A stretch of 64,000 bases of DNA, from positions 22,997-86,996 of the forward strand of contig JBCQTJ010000003.1 in NCBI GenBank assembly GCA_047178625.1. The letters run 5' to 3'. Below the pieces are notes generated by a model. The model was not told the origin of the DNA. It did no database searches and saw only the letters and a program-made list of their open reading frames with translations. The first letter of the stretch is position 1. Every line of letters starts with the position of its first letter. A program made the translations under genes and the position numbers. Positions 46,820 through 57,938 of this stretch are shown piece after piece. This DNA is from Rikenellaceae bacterium. GTDB lineage: Bacteria; Bacteroidota; Bacteroidia; Bacteroidales; Rikenellaceae.

Positions 46820-47851
46820 CTATTTTCTCTTCATTATAGGACGAAGCAACCTGTTGAACTGTCCAAACTCAACCAAGAACCCATCGTGGCCAAACAACGA
46901 CTCGATCTCGAAATACTCGGCCCGAGGGATGCGACGTGTCAAATCACGCATCTCGCTCGCTGGGAAGAGGATGTCGGTTGTGATTCCAACGACATAGGTC
47001 TTGGCCTTGATCGTCGATAGGGCAACATCTGTACCACCCCTCTCACGCCCCACGTCGTGAGTGTCGAAGCAGTTGAGGATCGAGTAGTATGAGTAGACGT
47101 TGTACCTCTTACAGAGCTTCTCGCCCTGATATCTCTGGTAGCTCTGGGCCCTATGATCCTTGATCCTTATGTCGGGGTTCTGTTGTGTTATGTTGTAGCC
47201 GTGAGGTCCTCTGTATGTCAAAAGCGCCAACGCACGTGATGTCGCCAACCCCTCCATTCCTGCATCGTCACGACGCTCTCCGAAGGTTGGGTCGCTCTCG
47301 ATGGCCATCCTCATCGTCTCGTTGATCGCTACCGACCAAGGGGTCGCCTTGGCATCTGTTGCGACCAAAACCATCTTCGAGAAGCGATCGGGCTCGCTCA
47401 CCGACCACTCCAACGCCTGAAATCCTCCAACCGAACAGCCCAAAATCACGTCGATATGGCCCACCTTGAGGTGATCTGCCAAGATCTTGTGTGCCTCGAC
47501 AATATCACGGATCGTGTAGGCTGGGAAGTCTCCGTAGTAGGGCTCGCCCGTTGTGGGGTTGGTGTGGAGCGGAGCAGTGGTTCCATAGGGGGAACCGAGG
47601 AAGTTTGCACAGACTACAAAGTGCTCAGCTGGGTCCAAAATAGCCCCCTCCTCGACTGTGTGTGGCCACCAATCCTGCACATCCGAATTTGCTGTGAGCG
47701 CGTGACACACCCAGACAACATTGCTCTCATCGGCGTTGCGTGTGCCATAGGTCGAGTAGGCTATCGTCAGCTCCTCCAACCTCTCGCCACTCTCCAACAC
47801 AAATGGGGCGTTGTGTCTATATATCTTTATTATATCTTCGTTGTTGCTCAT
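46820..47851 (-). CDS. metX: Homoserine O-acetyltransferase
   Basis: VCHALT, GCSVGG nucleophile motif, DILFP, GHDGFL. Confidence 0.92.
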   Translation of the reverse strand: MSNNEDIIKIYRHNAPFVLESGERLEELTIAYSTYGTRNADESNVVWVCHALTANSDVQDWWPHTVEEGAILDPAEHFVVCANFLGSPYGTTAPLHTNPTTGEPYYGDFPAYTIRDIVEAHKILADHLKVGHIDVILGCSVGGFQALEWSVSEPDRFSKMVLVATDAKATPWSVAINETMRMAIESDPTFGERRDDAGMEGLATSRALALLTYRGPHGYNITQQNPDIRIKDHRAQSYQRYQGEKLCKRYNVYSYYSILNCFDTHDVGRERGGTDVALSTIKAKTYVVGITTDILFPASEMRDLTRRIPRAEYFEIESLFGHDGFLVEFGQFNRLLRPIMKRK

Positions 47852-47863
47852 AGTTTGTCAATC

Positions 47864-49156
47864 TTATTTGATGCTCCTAAGCGCCTGATCGAGGTCTCGC
47901 TTGATATCCTCGATGTGCTCGATTCCCACCGAGAGGCGAAGCAAGTTTGGATATACTCCTGCACTTATGAGGTCGTTTTCGCTAAGCTGTGAGTGGGTCG
48001 TCGATGCTGGGTGGATGATCAGGGTCTTGTTGTCGCCAACATTTGCTACGTGGTAGATCATCTCCACCGCATTGACCACCTCCGAGACCTGCTTCATCTC
48101 GCCCTTAACCCTAAACGACAACACCGCACCAAAGCCGTTGCGTAAGTATTTGCTCGCCATTGCGTGGTATTTGTTATCCTTCAATCCTGGGTAGTTCACA
48201 CTCTCGACCATCGGGTGGCTCTCCAACCACTCGGCCAACTCCATTGCGTTGTCGCAGCTCCTCTGGACCCTGAGTGCCAAGGTCTCGAGACCCTGAGCCA
48301 ACAAAAATGAGTTGAATGGTGATTGGCACGCTCCGATGTCACGCAACCCCTCGCACCTCACCTTCACAGCGAATGCCGCTGCGCCAAACCTTTCGTAGAA
48401 GTTGACACCGTGGTAGCTCTCGACTGGCTCGGCGATTAAGGGATATTTGCCATTGTCCCACTCAAAGTTACCGCCATCGACAACCACACCACCCAAAGAT
48501 GTTGCGTGACCGCCGATCCACTTTGTGGCCGAGTGAGTCACAACATTTACTCCATACTCGATCGGGCGGCAGAGGTATCCTGCACATCCGAATGTGTTGT
48601 CACAAAAGAGGACTATGCCTCGTTTGTTGGCCATCTCTACGATTGGCTCGAAGTCTGGAATCGAGAACTCTGGGTTTCCGATTGTCTCGATATATATCGC
48701 CTTTGTATTCTTGTCGATGAGCGACTCGATGCTCTTCGGGTCGTCGCCATTTGCGAACCTCACCTCGATGCCCATACGTGGGAAGAGGTGTTTGAAGGCG
48801 TTGAATGTGCCTCCGTAGAGGTACGACGTACAGACGATGTTGTCGCCTGCGCTACATATTGTGCATAGAGCTGTAAATTGAGCCGACATACCCGACGAGG
48901 TGGCAACCGCTGCCACTCCACCCTCCATAGCGGCCATTCGCTGCTCGAATACATCGGTGGTCGGGTTGCCCAAACGGGTGTAGATCATACCCCCCTCCTC
49001 CAAGGCGAAGCGGGCTGCAACCTGCTCCGAACTCTCGAAAACGAATGCTGTGGTCTGGTGAATAGCAAGTGAGCTCGATCCTGTTGTGGGGTCGGGCTGA
49101 TGTCCTGCGTGAACGCCTAATGTCTCAAATCTCAAACTCTTCTGTTCCATATTCAT
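47864..49156 (-). CDS. metY: O-acetylhomoserine sulfhydrylase
   Basis: YTRLGNPT, HSATKWIGGH, ANVGD.KTLIIHPASTTHSQL, RLSVGIE; promoter motif at 49223-49230. Confidence 0.95.
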   Translation of the reverse strand: MNMEQKSLRFETLGVHAGHQPDPTTGSSSLAIHQTTAFVFESSEQVAARFALEEGGMIYTRLGNPTTDVFEQRMAAMEGGVAAVATSSGMSAQFTALCTICSAGDNIVCTSYLYGGTFNAFKHLFPRMGIEVRFANGDDPKSIESLIDKNTKAIYIETIGNPEFSIPDFEPIVEMANKRGIVLFCDNTFGCAGYLCRPIEYGVNVVTHSATKWIGGHATSLGGVVVDGGNFEWDNGKYPLIAEPVESYHGVNFYERFGAAAFAVKVRCEGLRDIGACQSPFNSFLLAQGLETLALRVQRSCDNAMELAEWLESHPMVESVNYPGLKDNKYHAMASKYLRNGFGAVLSFRVKGEMKQVSEVVNAVEMIYHVANVGDNKTLIIHPASTTHSQLSENDLISAGVYPNLLRLSVGIEHIEDIKRDLDQALRSIK

Positions 49157-49286
49157 TATATATTGTATCTTCTCTTAAATCAGTTGTGTTGTCTCAGCCA
49201 ACCAAAAGCCAATGACAATTCGCAAAGGTAGCGAAATATATGCGACTCCCAAACAAATCGGCCGATTTTAACAACCCTGTCACACT

Positions 49287-49865
49287 TTATAGGGTGAAAA
49301 CCACCACTTCGCCCTCGATCTCGAAGTGGCTCAGCGAAAAGCGCACCCCTCGGATCTCGCCCTTGATAACCCCATCGCAATAGCTCGTAATTCGGACTTC
49401 ACCCACCATATCGACCCCCTCGAAGCCAGCGGCCTTGTAGAGCGCCTCTTTCGAGGACCAGATCAGAGCCCTTGCATAGTCGGGTGTAAACCCCTCGAAA
49501 AGAGCGATCTCTTTTTGTGTTGTATATCGACTCTCGACCCTCTCGAAGTCTCTGTTCAGATTCTCAATATCAACTCCGCATCGCCCCCTATCCGAGATCA
49601 CGATCGCCACCTTATTTGAGCTGTGTGAGGCTCCGATATATAGCTTGCTGCCAACAAGATATGGTGCTCTCATCGAATCATAAGCGATCTCTTTTTTTAC
49701 CTCCTCTTTAGCCAAAGTTCGCCTTAAAAGAGCTCGCCACGAGGCCCCCTCTCTCTGTCGCTTTGCCGATTTCAGAGCCTCTAAATAGCTTATGTCCGAG
49801 GGGGTTAAGTCGTTTGTTAACTCTCTCCAATCTTCGGCGATATTGCCAACCTCGACCCTATTCAT
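49287..49865 (-). CDS. 4'-phosphopantetheinyl transferase superfamily protein
   Basis: SHS, GVDIE, WSSKEALYK. Confidence 0.88.
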   Translation of the reverse strand: MNRVEVGNIAEDWRELTNDLTPSDISYLEALKSAKRQREGASWRALLRRTLAKEEVKKEIAYDSMRAPYLVGSKLYIGASHSSNKVAIVISDRGRCGVDIENLNRDFERVESRYTTQKEIALFEGFTPDYARALIWSSKEALYKAAGFEGVDMVGEVRITSYCDGVIKGEIRGVRFSLSHFEIEGEVVVFTL

Positions 49866-51174
49866 TGGGGACCAAAGTATCGGGGATAATCACCCTTATC
49901 TTCTCGATTCGGCGGCCGCTCTGCCCTCCCATCGCCTCGATGGTCATCGAGATCCCTTGAACGGTGATCTTGTCGCCCAACTTCGGCAGTGTCTTTTTCA
50001 CCTCGAGGATCAGACCAGCCAAGGTCTCTGAGCTTCCTTGAAGGTCGCTGAGCAGCTCCTCGTCGAGTCTCAGCACCCTCTCGAAGTCGTTGATATGTGT
50101 TTTACCCTCAAAGATATAGGTGTTGCGATCGAGGCGAGTGTAGAACTGCTCGTCGCCATCGCTCTCGTCCGAGATCTCGCCCACAATCTCCTCGATGATA
50201 TCCTCCAACGAGACCAGCCCCATCGTCGAGCCATACTCGTCGACGATGATCGCCAAGTGGGTCTTTGTCGCCTGAAACTCCTCCAACAAGACGTTGATCT
50301 TCTTGTGGGCAGGGATGAAGTAGGGTTTGCGGATCAGCTTCTGCCATCCGAACTCCTTTTTGTTGATGTGTGGCATCAGATCCTTGACGAAGAGGATGCC
50401 TCGGATGTTGTCCAAATTCTCGTCGTAGACTGGGATTCGTGAGTAGCCCCACTCGATGATCTTTCTCTTCACATTCTCGTAGCTCTCCACCATCGAGATC
50501 GCCTCTATATCGACACGTGAGCGCATAACTGCCTGAACATCAGTGTTCACGAAGTTCAGGATTCCCGACAAAATAACCCTCTCCTCCTCCGTGGCGTTTT
50601 TGGTGAGGTCCACAGCGTCGGCCAACTCGTCGAACGAGATCTCGCTATGGTGCGTCGCCTTAGAGCCGATCGTCGAGCCCGCCTTCATAAGTAGCTTCGA
50701 GAGTGGCATAAAGAGCGATCGCATCAGAATAATCGGACGGGCCGAGACCCTCGCAAAGGTTTGGGGCGACGACTGAGCAAATACCTTGGGCGCAATCTCG
50801 CCAAAGAGGAGCAGGATGAAGGTGACGATCACCGTCTTGACCAGAAATTCAATCCCCGACGCACCCCCGAAATCGACTATCATACCAATGATGTTGGCCG
50901 AGAGGATAGCGATACATATATTAACCAAATTGTTGACCACCAGAATGGTAGCCAACAAAAGATCGACGTTGCCGAGTAGCGAGATTATCGCCTTGTCCGT
51001 GGGGTCTTTGCTCTCTCTCATCTCCTCGATTTCGCGCGGAGGGAGCGAGAAGAAGGCCGCCTCCGATCCCGACATAAGGGCCGAGAGGAGTAGCAGTATC
51101 ACCAGAACGACAAACAGAATTGTCACCGATGGGTCGAAGCCCCGAAATGTTATCTCTTGAAGTTGAGTTATCAC
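49858..51174 (-). CDS. gldE: GldE (CNNM/DUF21-CBS-CorC) protein
   Basis: SGSEAAFFSL, FGEIAPK, YSRIPVY, VDEYG...G.V.LEDIIEEIVGEI.DE. Confidence 0.85.
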   Translation of the reverse strand: MITQLQEITFRGFDPSVTILFVVLVILLLLSALMSGSEAAFFSLPPREIEEMRESKDPTDKAIISLLGNVDLLLATILVVNNLVNICIAILSANIIGMIVDFGGASGIEFLVKTVIVTFILLLFGEIAPKVFAQSSPQTFARVSARPIILMRSLFMPLSKLLMKAGSTIGSKATHHSEISFDELADAVDLTKNATEEERVILSGILNFVNTDVQAVMRSRVDIEAISMVESYENVKRKIIEWGYSRIPVYDENLDNIRGILFVKDLMPHINKKEFGWQKLIRKPYFIPAHKKINVLLEEFQATKTHLAIIVDEYGSTMGLVSLEDIIEEIVGEISDESDGDEQFYTRLDRNTYIFEGKTHINDFERVLRLDEELLSDLQGSSETLAGLILEVKKTLPKLGDKITVQGISMTIEAMGGQSGRRIEKIRVIIPDTLVPNE

Positions 51175-51239
51175 CTATCTAATTTAAAATGAATACTTTT
51201 TCTATTTTTTGAGGGTTGTCATTAACTCGCAAAAACGCA

Positions 51240-52544
51240 CTAAAACAGAGAGCCCTCACTCTTTTCAATCTCCTCCTTGCCATCGCCGCCATCGCTCTCG
51301 GCAATCATCTTTGCCCTACGAGCGATATAGGCTGGCACCCTCAGCAGGGCGCCGATGTTCGAGTATCGAGGCTTGCGTGGAGCCAACACAACGGCCTGAC
51401 CACTGGCCAAGGGGCTAATCGTGTCAATTGGGTTGTGGATTCCATCTCGCCCCTGCGACGAGCTGTTCATACGATAGAATGGCGAGTTGGGATCCTCGAT
51501 CGCCAAGAGTAGTTGGTCGTATGTTGGGAACTCCTCGTTGTCGTTGTCAAACCCTGTTGCGACCAACACAAGCTCCAAATTATCCCCCAACTCGGGCTTG
51601 CAGCTCGATCCCCAGATCACCTCGGCCGTGTGGATCACTCCTGCGTTGTCGGTGTAGCGAGCGTGCGACTGGATATAGTTGAGGATGTAGTTCATCTCCC
51701 TGAGCTTTAGCTTGTTGGTGTCGGAGGTGGCCATATTAAAGAGCACCTTTTTGGCCCCCGTGATACTCTTGTGGTCGAGCAACAGCGAGGTGAGCGACTG
51801 CTTGGCAACGATCTCGGCACGCTTGGCACCCGTCGCCGCCTCGACACTCAGGTGGGCACGTCCGCTATTCTTCATCACCTTCGAGACATCGGCAAAGTCG
51901 ACGTTTACGAAGTTCGACTTCACGGTGATGATCTCGGCAATACCCTTGGCCGCACAGCTTAGTATCTCGTTCGGCTTTCCGAAGGCCTCCTCCAACGTTG
52001 CATCGTCGGGGAAGAGGTTCATAATATTCTCGTTGTTGATGATCAGCAGCGAATCTACGTGGTCCTTCAACTCCTTGATTCCTGCTATGGCTCTCACATA
52101 TCGCCCCTCGCCCTCGTGAAGCAGAGGCGAGGTGACAATCGCCACAGTCAAGATATCCATCTCCTTGGCCAACTTCGCAATCACTGGGGCGGCACCCGTA
52201 CCCGTTCCGCCACCCATTCCAGCGGTGATAAAGACCATCTTGGTATTCATCGCCTCCAACTTATCACGGATCTCGTCGAGGCTCTCGATCGCTGCATCTC
52301 GGCCCTTCGAGGGGTCGTCGCCAGCTCCCAATCCGTCGTGGCCCAAGCGGATCTTATCCTTGATAGGCGAGGCGTTGAGAGCCTGCTGGTCGGTGTTACA
52401 GACCATAAAGCGGACATTGCGAATACCAATGTTCCACATATAATTTACGGCATTGCCACCTGCTCCACCAACACCTACTACGGTGATGATCGAATCTAAC
52501 TCGTTAGATGCCAATGCGATCTCGTCAATTATGCTCTCGTTCAT
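51240..52544 (-). CDS. ftsZ: Cell division protein FtsZ
   Basis: GVGGAGGNAV, NTDQQAL, AGMGGGTGTG, NVDFADV. Confidence 0.97.
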   Translation of the reverse strand: MNESIIDEIALASNELDSIITVVGVGGAGGNAVNYMWNIGIRNVRFMVCNTDQQALNASPIKDKIRLGHDGLGAGDDPSKGRDAAIESLDEIRDKLEAMNTKMVFITAGMGGGTGTGAAPVIAKLAKEMDILTVAIVTSPLLHEGEGRYVRAIAGIKELKDHVDSLLIINNENIMNLFPDDATLEEAFGKPNEILSCAAKGIAEIITVKSNFVNVDFADVSKVMKNSGRAHLSVEAATGAKRAEIVAKQSLTSLLLDHKSITGAKKVLFNMATSDTNKLKLREMNYILNYIQSHARYTDNAGVIHTAEVIWGSSCKPELGDNLELVLVATGFDNDNEEFPTYDQLLLAIEDPNSPFYRMNSSSQGRDGIHNPIDTISPLASGQAVVLAPRKPRYSNIGALLRVPAYIARRAKMIAESDGGDGKEEIEKSEGSLF

Positions 52545-52574
52545 ACTCTTATCCTCTGTTATTTTTTAATACTC

Positions 52575-54104
52575 TTATTTCAACTCCGTGTCGCCGCCCG
52601 AGTTGAGCATACTATTTAGCTTGTTACCCCACGATTTGAAGAGATTGCTCATCGAGCCACCCTCCTTGTTTGGTGTCGAGTCGTCGTTGTCGTCATCCTC
52701 GTCGCTCTCCTCCTCCTCATCTTCGTTCATCAGCTCGAGCTCTGGATCGGGCTCAGCCACTTTTTTGCGACGTTTTGTGCTCTTGCGAGTTGACTTCGAG
52801 TCGTTTAGCTCCTTCTCCTCCTCATCATCTTCGGTATCGTTGCTTGCCTCTTTCGCTTTCTCCGCCTCTTTGGCAGCCGCCTTATCTTTTTTGGCCACCT
52901 CCTCGGCTATTGCGGCGCTATCTAAGATGATGGCGCAATCCTTGCCGCTCTTCTTCTCGTCGAGCTCGATTCCTCGTCGAAGTATTCCCACCACTGTCGA
53001 GTAGTCGGTCGAGGCGATCAACTCACGTGACTCGAAGCAGATCTCCTCCTCGGGGATTCCGATCCTAACATCGACCCCCATCGTCCTGCGAAAGAGCTCG
53101 TCGATATCTCGAAGTTTGGAGCCTCCGCCCGTGAGGACTATACCATAGCCCAACCTCCCCTCGAAGCCTGCATCTTTGATCTCACGCTCCACGAAGTTGA
53201 TGATATCTTTGACCCTCTCCTGGATGGCCAACACCACATTGTAGAGCGGAATACTTCGATTCTCACGAGCTGTCCTGCCAGCTACGGCGATGCTGCCACT
53301 CTTGGTCTTGTCGGCGATGGCCGAACCATACTTGCGCTTCTTCTCCTCGATGTTGCGCTCGTGGATCATCAGTTGTGCGAGGTCGTTATTTATTGCCGAC
53401 CCTCCGATCGGGATCGAGATCATATATCTTAGTGCGCTGCGATAGTAGATCGCCAAGTTGGTGATCCCCTCGCCCAAGTCGACCATCGCCACTCCCGCCT
53501 CCTTCTCGTCGGCTGTGAGGACCGCATCGGCCGTTGAGACGCTATTTGCGAAGCAGCGCTTGAGGGCTATTCCAGCCTGCTCGAAGCCCTGATTGAGCCT
53601 CTTGAGGCTCTCCTTGTCGCAGAGGGTGAAGATGTAGGATGCGCTTAGCGAGGTGCCGAACGAACCCACAGGATTCTTCAACTCCTTGTTGCGCTCGACC
53701 ATATAACAGATCGGGTTGTACTCCAAGATGGTGTCACCCTCGGGGGCCTGCACCTGACGCATAAGGTTCTGGAGTGCGACGACATCTCTCTTGGCCACTC
53801 CGCTACCTGGATCCTCCACCAGAATGGTCTCTGAGTGGTGTCCACAGCGGATATACTCGCCCGAGATTCCGCCATACGCCAACTGAATCTTGATGTTGAG
53901 CTTAGACTCCAATTCGGAGATAGCACCCGACAACGCCCCATTTATCAATGCGATGTTCTCGATTCGTCCTGCACGAAGCCCCTGCATCGGACGTCGAGCG
54001 ATACCACTGATTTGGATCATCCCCGACTCATCACGATGTCCTGCCATCGCAATTACGTGGTTCTCACCAAGGTCTACGGCTATCGTATATTTGATCTGTG
54101 ACAT
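52575..54104 (-). CDS. ftsA: Cell division protein FtsA with long acidic tail
   Basis: AVDLG, EKEAGVAMVDLG, IPIGG, GIVLTGGG; lies between ftsQ and ftsZ. Confidence 0.93.
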   Translation of the reverse strand: MSQIKYTIAVDLGENHVIAMAGHRDESGMIQISGIARRPMQGLRAGRIENIALINGALSGAISELESKLNIKIQLAYGGISGEYIRCGHHSETILVEDPGSGVAKRDVVALQNLMRQVQAPEGDTILEYNPICYMVERNKELKNPVGSFGTSLSASYIFTLCDKESLKRLNQGFEQAGIALKRCFANSVSTADAVLTADEKEAGVAMVDLGEGITNLAIYYRSALRYMISIPIGGSAINNDLAQLMIHERNIEEKKRKYGSAIADKTKSGSIAVAGRTARENRSIPLYNVVLAIQERVKDIINFVEREIKDAGFEGRLGYGIVLTGGGSKLRDIDELFRRTMGVDVRIGIPEEEICFESRELIASTDYSTVVGILRRGIELDEKKSGKDCAIILDSAAIAEEVAKKDKAAAKEAEKAKEASNDTEDDEEEKELNDSKSTRKSTKRRKKVAEPDPELELMNEDEEEESDEDDDNDDSTPNKEGGSMSNLFKSWGNKLNSMLNSGGDTELK

Positions 54105-54115
54105 ATTTTACCCCC

Positions 54116-55312
54116 TTATCTTTTACAAACTACCTGATTACTAAACTCAACATTTATCTGTTTATATCGCTCCCATCCCACTCGAGGCAGCGCCTCCTTG
54201 TAGAACTCCTTCAACCGCTTTAGCTTCGCCTCGATCTCTTTTCTTACCTCATCTTCGGAGTGTGATGCCTTCCCCTCGATCTCTCGCCTCGCCTCGTCTA
54301 ACCTCTCGTTGAAGTGGTTGAGGCTCAAGTGGTTTCGTGGTGGTAGCTCACCGAGCGAGACTATGAAGCTGCCACTTCTGACGGCGAAGCTCACCCTCAT
54401 ACTCCCGTTTTTGTCGCTCTCGGCTATGATTTGGACAATCTCCGAGCTCCAAAACGAGCTCTCCTCGACGATGTTTACAAAGGTAATAAGATTATGCAAA
54501 TCATCACACTTTTTAACCAACTTTTTTTGTTGGTCTCGATAGCGCTCCTGCCTCTGTTCGAGTGCGTTGAGATCCTTGTCGATCATCTTCTTGCGATAGG
54601 CCAACTCGATCCTACGTTTGCGGTTATCCTCTCTGAGCTCCTCGACTCGCCTTGCGAAGTCATCTTTGGACTCCATAAAGCTACGGTTGATGAATCGTTT
54701 GCGTAGCTCTCGGCGGTCCTCATCATACTCGATCTCACGCAAGAGAACGGGGTATTTCTCTCGCTCCACACGCTCGATCTCGCCATCCAACTGGACCAAC
54801 TTCTCGGCCAACTTATCCTTGATGTTCCCCACAAATCCCGACTCGAAGAGGGGTGAGTAGTCGCCCGTTATGACCGAGGCGTTGAGAGCCGTACTCTTCG
54901 GGGCGTCAAATATATAGCCATCACGGGTGATGTAGCAGTTGTAACCATTGAGCAAGATTCTCGCCAATGCGCCTCGCTGCTCCACCTCGATCTTAAGATC
55001 CCCCTGATACGAGGTGTAGGCCTTGACATTCTCGACAAAGCCATTGGCCCCTATGACGCTCTCGATCAGTGTCAGTGGCGCCTTGTTGATCTGCTCTCCC
55101 ACAGGGTTGATCTTGTTGCGTTTCAAGATCGTGAGGATCATCTCCTCGTTTATCAAACTCCCCCTCTCAACGCTATCTAAGACTATCACGTCGACCCTCT
55201 CGACCAACATATTTGCACGTCGACTCCTCCCCTCCATCGTAAGGAGAAGGGTAATGGTGAGGATCACAATCCACAACGATACAAAGCCAAATATGCGGGC
55301 AACCCTATTCAT
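54116..55312 (-). CDS. ftsQ: Cell division protein FtsQ-like with coiled-coil insertion
   Basis: N-terminal TM, position between murC and ftsA, C-terminal GW..Y..IN..F.NQVVC. Confidence 0.8.
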   Translation of the reverse strand: MNRVARIFGFVSLWIVILTITLLLTMEGRSRRANMLVERVDVIVLDSVERGSLINEEMILTILKRNKINPVGEQINKAPLTLIESVIGANGFVENVKAYTSYQGDLKIEVEQRGALARILLNGYNCYITRDGYIFDAPKSTALNASVITGDYSPLFESGFVGNIKDKLAEKLVQLDGEIERVEREKYPVLLREIEYDEDRRELRKRFINRSFMESKDDFARRVEELREDNRKRRIELAYRKKMIDKDLNALEQRQERYRDQQKKLVKKCDDLHNLITFVNIVEESSFWSSEIVQIIAESDKNGSMRVSFAVRSGSFIVSLGELPPRNHLSLNHFNERLDEARREIEGKASHSEDEVRKEIEAKLKRLKEFYKEALPRVGWERYKQINVEFSNQVVCKR

Positions 55313-56705
55313 CGCCTCTCGATTTTTGTTCTACGACAGCTGCTATTCGCTCACATTGAAGCTCGATGTCTCCTGCTCCGAATGTTATCACCACATCGCT
55401 ATCTATCTCTTTTAAGTAGTCTGAAATCAGCTCTTTATCAACTATTTGGACCTTCTCACGGCTCTTGATGAGCTCTCCGATGATCTCCGACGTAACCCCC
55501 TCGATAGGCTTCTCCCTCGCTGGGTAGATTGGCAACAAAATCACACGGTCGGCCAACGACAGCGCCCCTGCAAACTCGACATAGAGGTCACGAGTTCGGG
55601 TGAAAAGATGGGGCTGGAAGATGGCTGTAATGTGGCGCTCTCCGACCATCTCACGTACCGACGAGAGTGTCGCCTCGATCTCTCGAGGGTGGTGGGCGTA
55701 ATCATCCATATAGAAGCCGTTTGGGGCCGAGTAGTAGATCTCCAAGCGGCGCTTAATGCCTGAGAATGAGCGAAGTGCGGCCTTGATCGCCTCTGCGTTC
55801 AACTCCCTCCCCTCTTTGCGACCAGCGCACCACATCGAGGCCACAGCGGCCACCGAGTTCTCGACGTTGATCCACCCTGAGACCCCCAATTCACACCCCT
55901 CGATCACCGAGTCGGGCGTGGTTATGTCATACCTATATACCCCTCCATCAAGGAGTTGCGAGCGGCTTACGTAGAAGTCGCACTTTTGGTCGTAGGAGTA
56001 ACGCCAAACGTCGATCCCCGAGTTGCGAAGTTCGATATCGACCCCCTTTTTGAGGATCAAACTACCACCCTCCTTGATCAACTCGACGAATTGGGCAAAT
56101 GCCTCACGCACAGCCTCATAGGTCCCGTAAATGTCGAGATGATCGGCATCAGCCGAGGTGATAACCGCCACGTCGGGGCGAAGTCTGAGGAACGAACGGT
56201 CGAACTCGTCGGCCTCGACAACAACCCTCTCGCCGCTGCCCAAGAGCAGGTTCGAACCCAAATTCTTGGAGATAGCCCCCAAAATTGCGCAACCCTGCCC
56301 CTCACCGCTGTGGTTCAGCCACGCCGTTAAAGTCGAAGTCGAGCTCTTGCCGTGGGTTCCAGCCACCGCCATAACATACTTACCCTCGGTCAACACCCCC
56401 AACATCTGAGAGCGTTTGACAACCTCGAATCCCCCCTCGATGAAGTACCTTAGCTCCGAGTGCGAGGCTGGGATGGCGGGGGTGTAGATGACTGTCGTCT
56501 GTGAGGGGTCGCGGAACTCCTCGCCGATGAGCTCCGTGTTATCTTCGTAGTGAACCTCGGCCCCCTCCTCGATTAGCTCACGAGTGAGGTGACTCTCTGT
56601 GCGGTCGTATCCACCGACACGACGTCCCTGATGGAGGAAGTAGCGTGCCAAAGCACTCATCCCGATTCCACCGATTCCTACGAAATATATGTTGCGACCT
56701 TTCAT
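55305..56705 (-). CDS. murC: UDP-N-acetylmuramate--L-alanine ligase
   Basis: GIGGIGMSALA, AGTHGKSST, EADEFDRSF, DDYAHHP.E, FQPH..TRT. Confidence 0.97.
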   Translation of the reverse strand: MKGRNIYFVGIGGIGMSALARYFLHQGRRVGGYDRTESHLTRELIEEGAEVHYEDNTELIGEEFRDPSQTTVIYTPAIPASHSELRYFIEGGFEVVKRSQMLGVLTEGKYVMAVAGTHGKSSTSTLTAWLNHSGEGQGCAILGAISKNLGSNLLLGSGERVVVEADEFDRSFLRLRPDVAVITSADADHLDIYGTYEAVREAFAQFVELIKEGGSLILKKGVDIELRNSGIDVWRYSYDQKCDFYVSRSQLLDGGVYRYDITTPDSVIEGCELGVSGWINVENSVAAVASMWCAGRKEGRELNAEAIKAALRSFSGIKRRLEIYYSAPNGFYMDDYAHHPREIEATLSSVREMVGERHITAIFQPHLFTRTRDLYVEFAGALSLADRVILLPIYPAREKPIEGVTSEIIGELIKSREKVQIVDKELISDYLKEIDSDVVITFGAGDIELQCERIAAVVEQKSRGDE

Positions 56706-56763
56706 CTAAACAAAATTGTTTAATGTGTTGATTATATGCCGAGTAAACAAAACTGCTTACCCT

Positions 56764-57900
56764 CTATTCTGCCTCTTTTAATACCTTCTCGATCTCATCG
56801 ACCACCGACTCTGCCGCATTTGGTGTGGCCAGATCGGTGATGTTTTTGCGAAGCATCGCAAGTGTCTTTTCCTCCTTCAGAGTGTCGATCGCACGAGGCA
56901 TCGCCTGCTCCACAGCATCCACGTCGGCCACCATAATCGCAGCGTCGCACTCCACCAACGCCAATGCGTTTTTGGTCTGGTGGTCCTCCGCAACATTTGG
57001 CGAGGGGACAAAGATCGTCGCCTTGCCCATCAAGCAGAGCTCCGAGACTGTGCAGGCTCCGCTGCGTGAGATCACAAGGTCGGCAGCAGCGTAGGCCAGA
57101 TCCATCCTCTCGATGAAGGCCCCTTGCCACACCCCATCTGTTGGCTGCGACTCCAAGAACGAATTCATCTCCGTCTCATAGAACTTACCAGTCTGCCAGA
57201 TCACCTGAACCTCGGGCCTCTGAGCCTCCAACTTCTCGATCCAACGACACATCATATTGTTGAGCGTGCGTGTGCCCAACGAGCCTCCGACAACCAAGAT
57301 CACAGGGCGCTCGCTATCTAAGCCGAAGTAGTCCAGTGCCTCGTTGCGTAGGATCCTGCTCTCCTCGCTATCGCCCTCGGCGTATTTGCCGAATTTGCCA
57401 CGCAAAGGGTTGCCTGTCAAGACGATATTTTTGTTGTCGAAGAAGCGGTCCATCTGAGTGTAGGACACACAGACCGCCTTCGCCCTGCGAGCCACCAACT
57501 TATTGGTGAGTCCAGCATAGGAGTTCTGCTCCTGAACAACGGTCGGCACACCGCAGCGAGAGGCCGCCCACAAGATCGGAGCCGAGACATAGCCGCCAAA
57601 ACCGACGACAATATCGGCCTTGAACTTGCGGATCACCGCCATCGCCTGAACGATGCTCAAGATGATCTTCACGGGCAACAGTAGGTTGCGCCACGTAAAT
57701 CGACGTTGGAGGCCAGCGATCGGCAACCCCACAATTCGATACCCCAACGCAGGGATCTTATCCATCTCCATACGCCCTTCGGCCCCGACAAAAAGCAACT
57801 CTACATCATCTCCGTAGCGCTCTTTAAGTGCCTCTGCAACAGCGACTGCTGGGTAGATATGTCCGCCCGTTCCGCCGCCTGAGAGTATAATTTTCTTCAT
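56764..57900 (-). CDS. murG: MurG N-acetylglucosaminyltransferase
   Basis: GGGTGGHIYP, GFGGYVS, QEQNS, GGSLG, RSGA.TVSE, HQTKNA. Confidence 0.97.
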   Translation of the reverse strand: MKKIILSGGGTGGHIYPAVAVAEALKERYGDDVELLFVGAEGRMEMDKIPALGYRIVGLPIAGLQRRFTWRNLLLPVKIILSIVQAMAVIRKFKADIVVGFGGYVSAPILWAASRCGVPTVVQEQNSYAGLTNKLVARRAKAVCVSYTQMDRFFDNKNIVLTGNPLRGKFGKYAEGDSEESRILRNEALDYFGLDSERPVILVVGGSLGTRTLNNMMCRWIEKLEAQRPEVQVIWQTGKFYETEMNSFLESQPTDGVWQGAFIERMDLAYAAADLVISRSGACTVSELCLMGKATIFVPSPNVAEDHQTKNALALVECDAAIMVADVDAVEQAMPRAIDTLKEEKTLAMLRKNITDLATPNAAESVVDEIEKVLKEAE

Positions 57901-57938
57901 AATATATTTTTTATCTAACTCTGTTTTTTCTCTTTTTT

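Noticed and set aside
49157-49222. SAM riboswitch upstream of metY
   Set aside because: Only a weak hairpin (TTGTC...GACAA) is visible; SAM-I or SAM-II consensus elements could not be recognised
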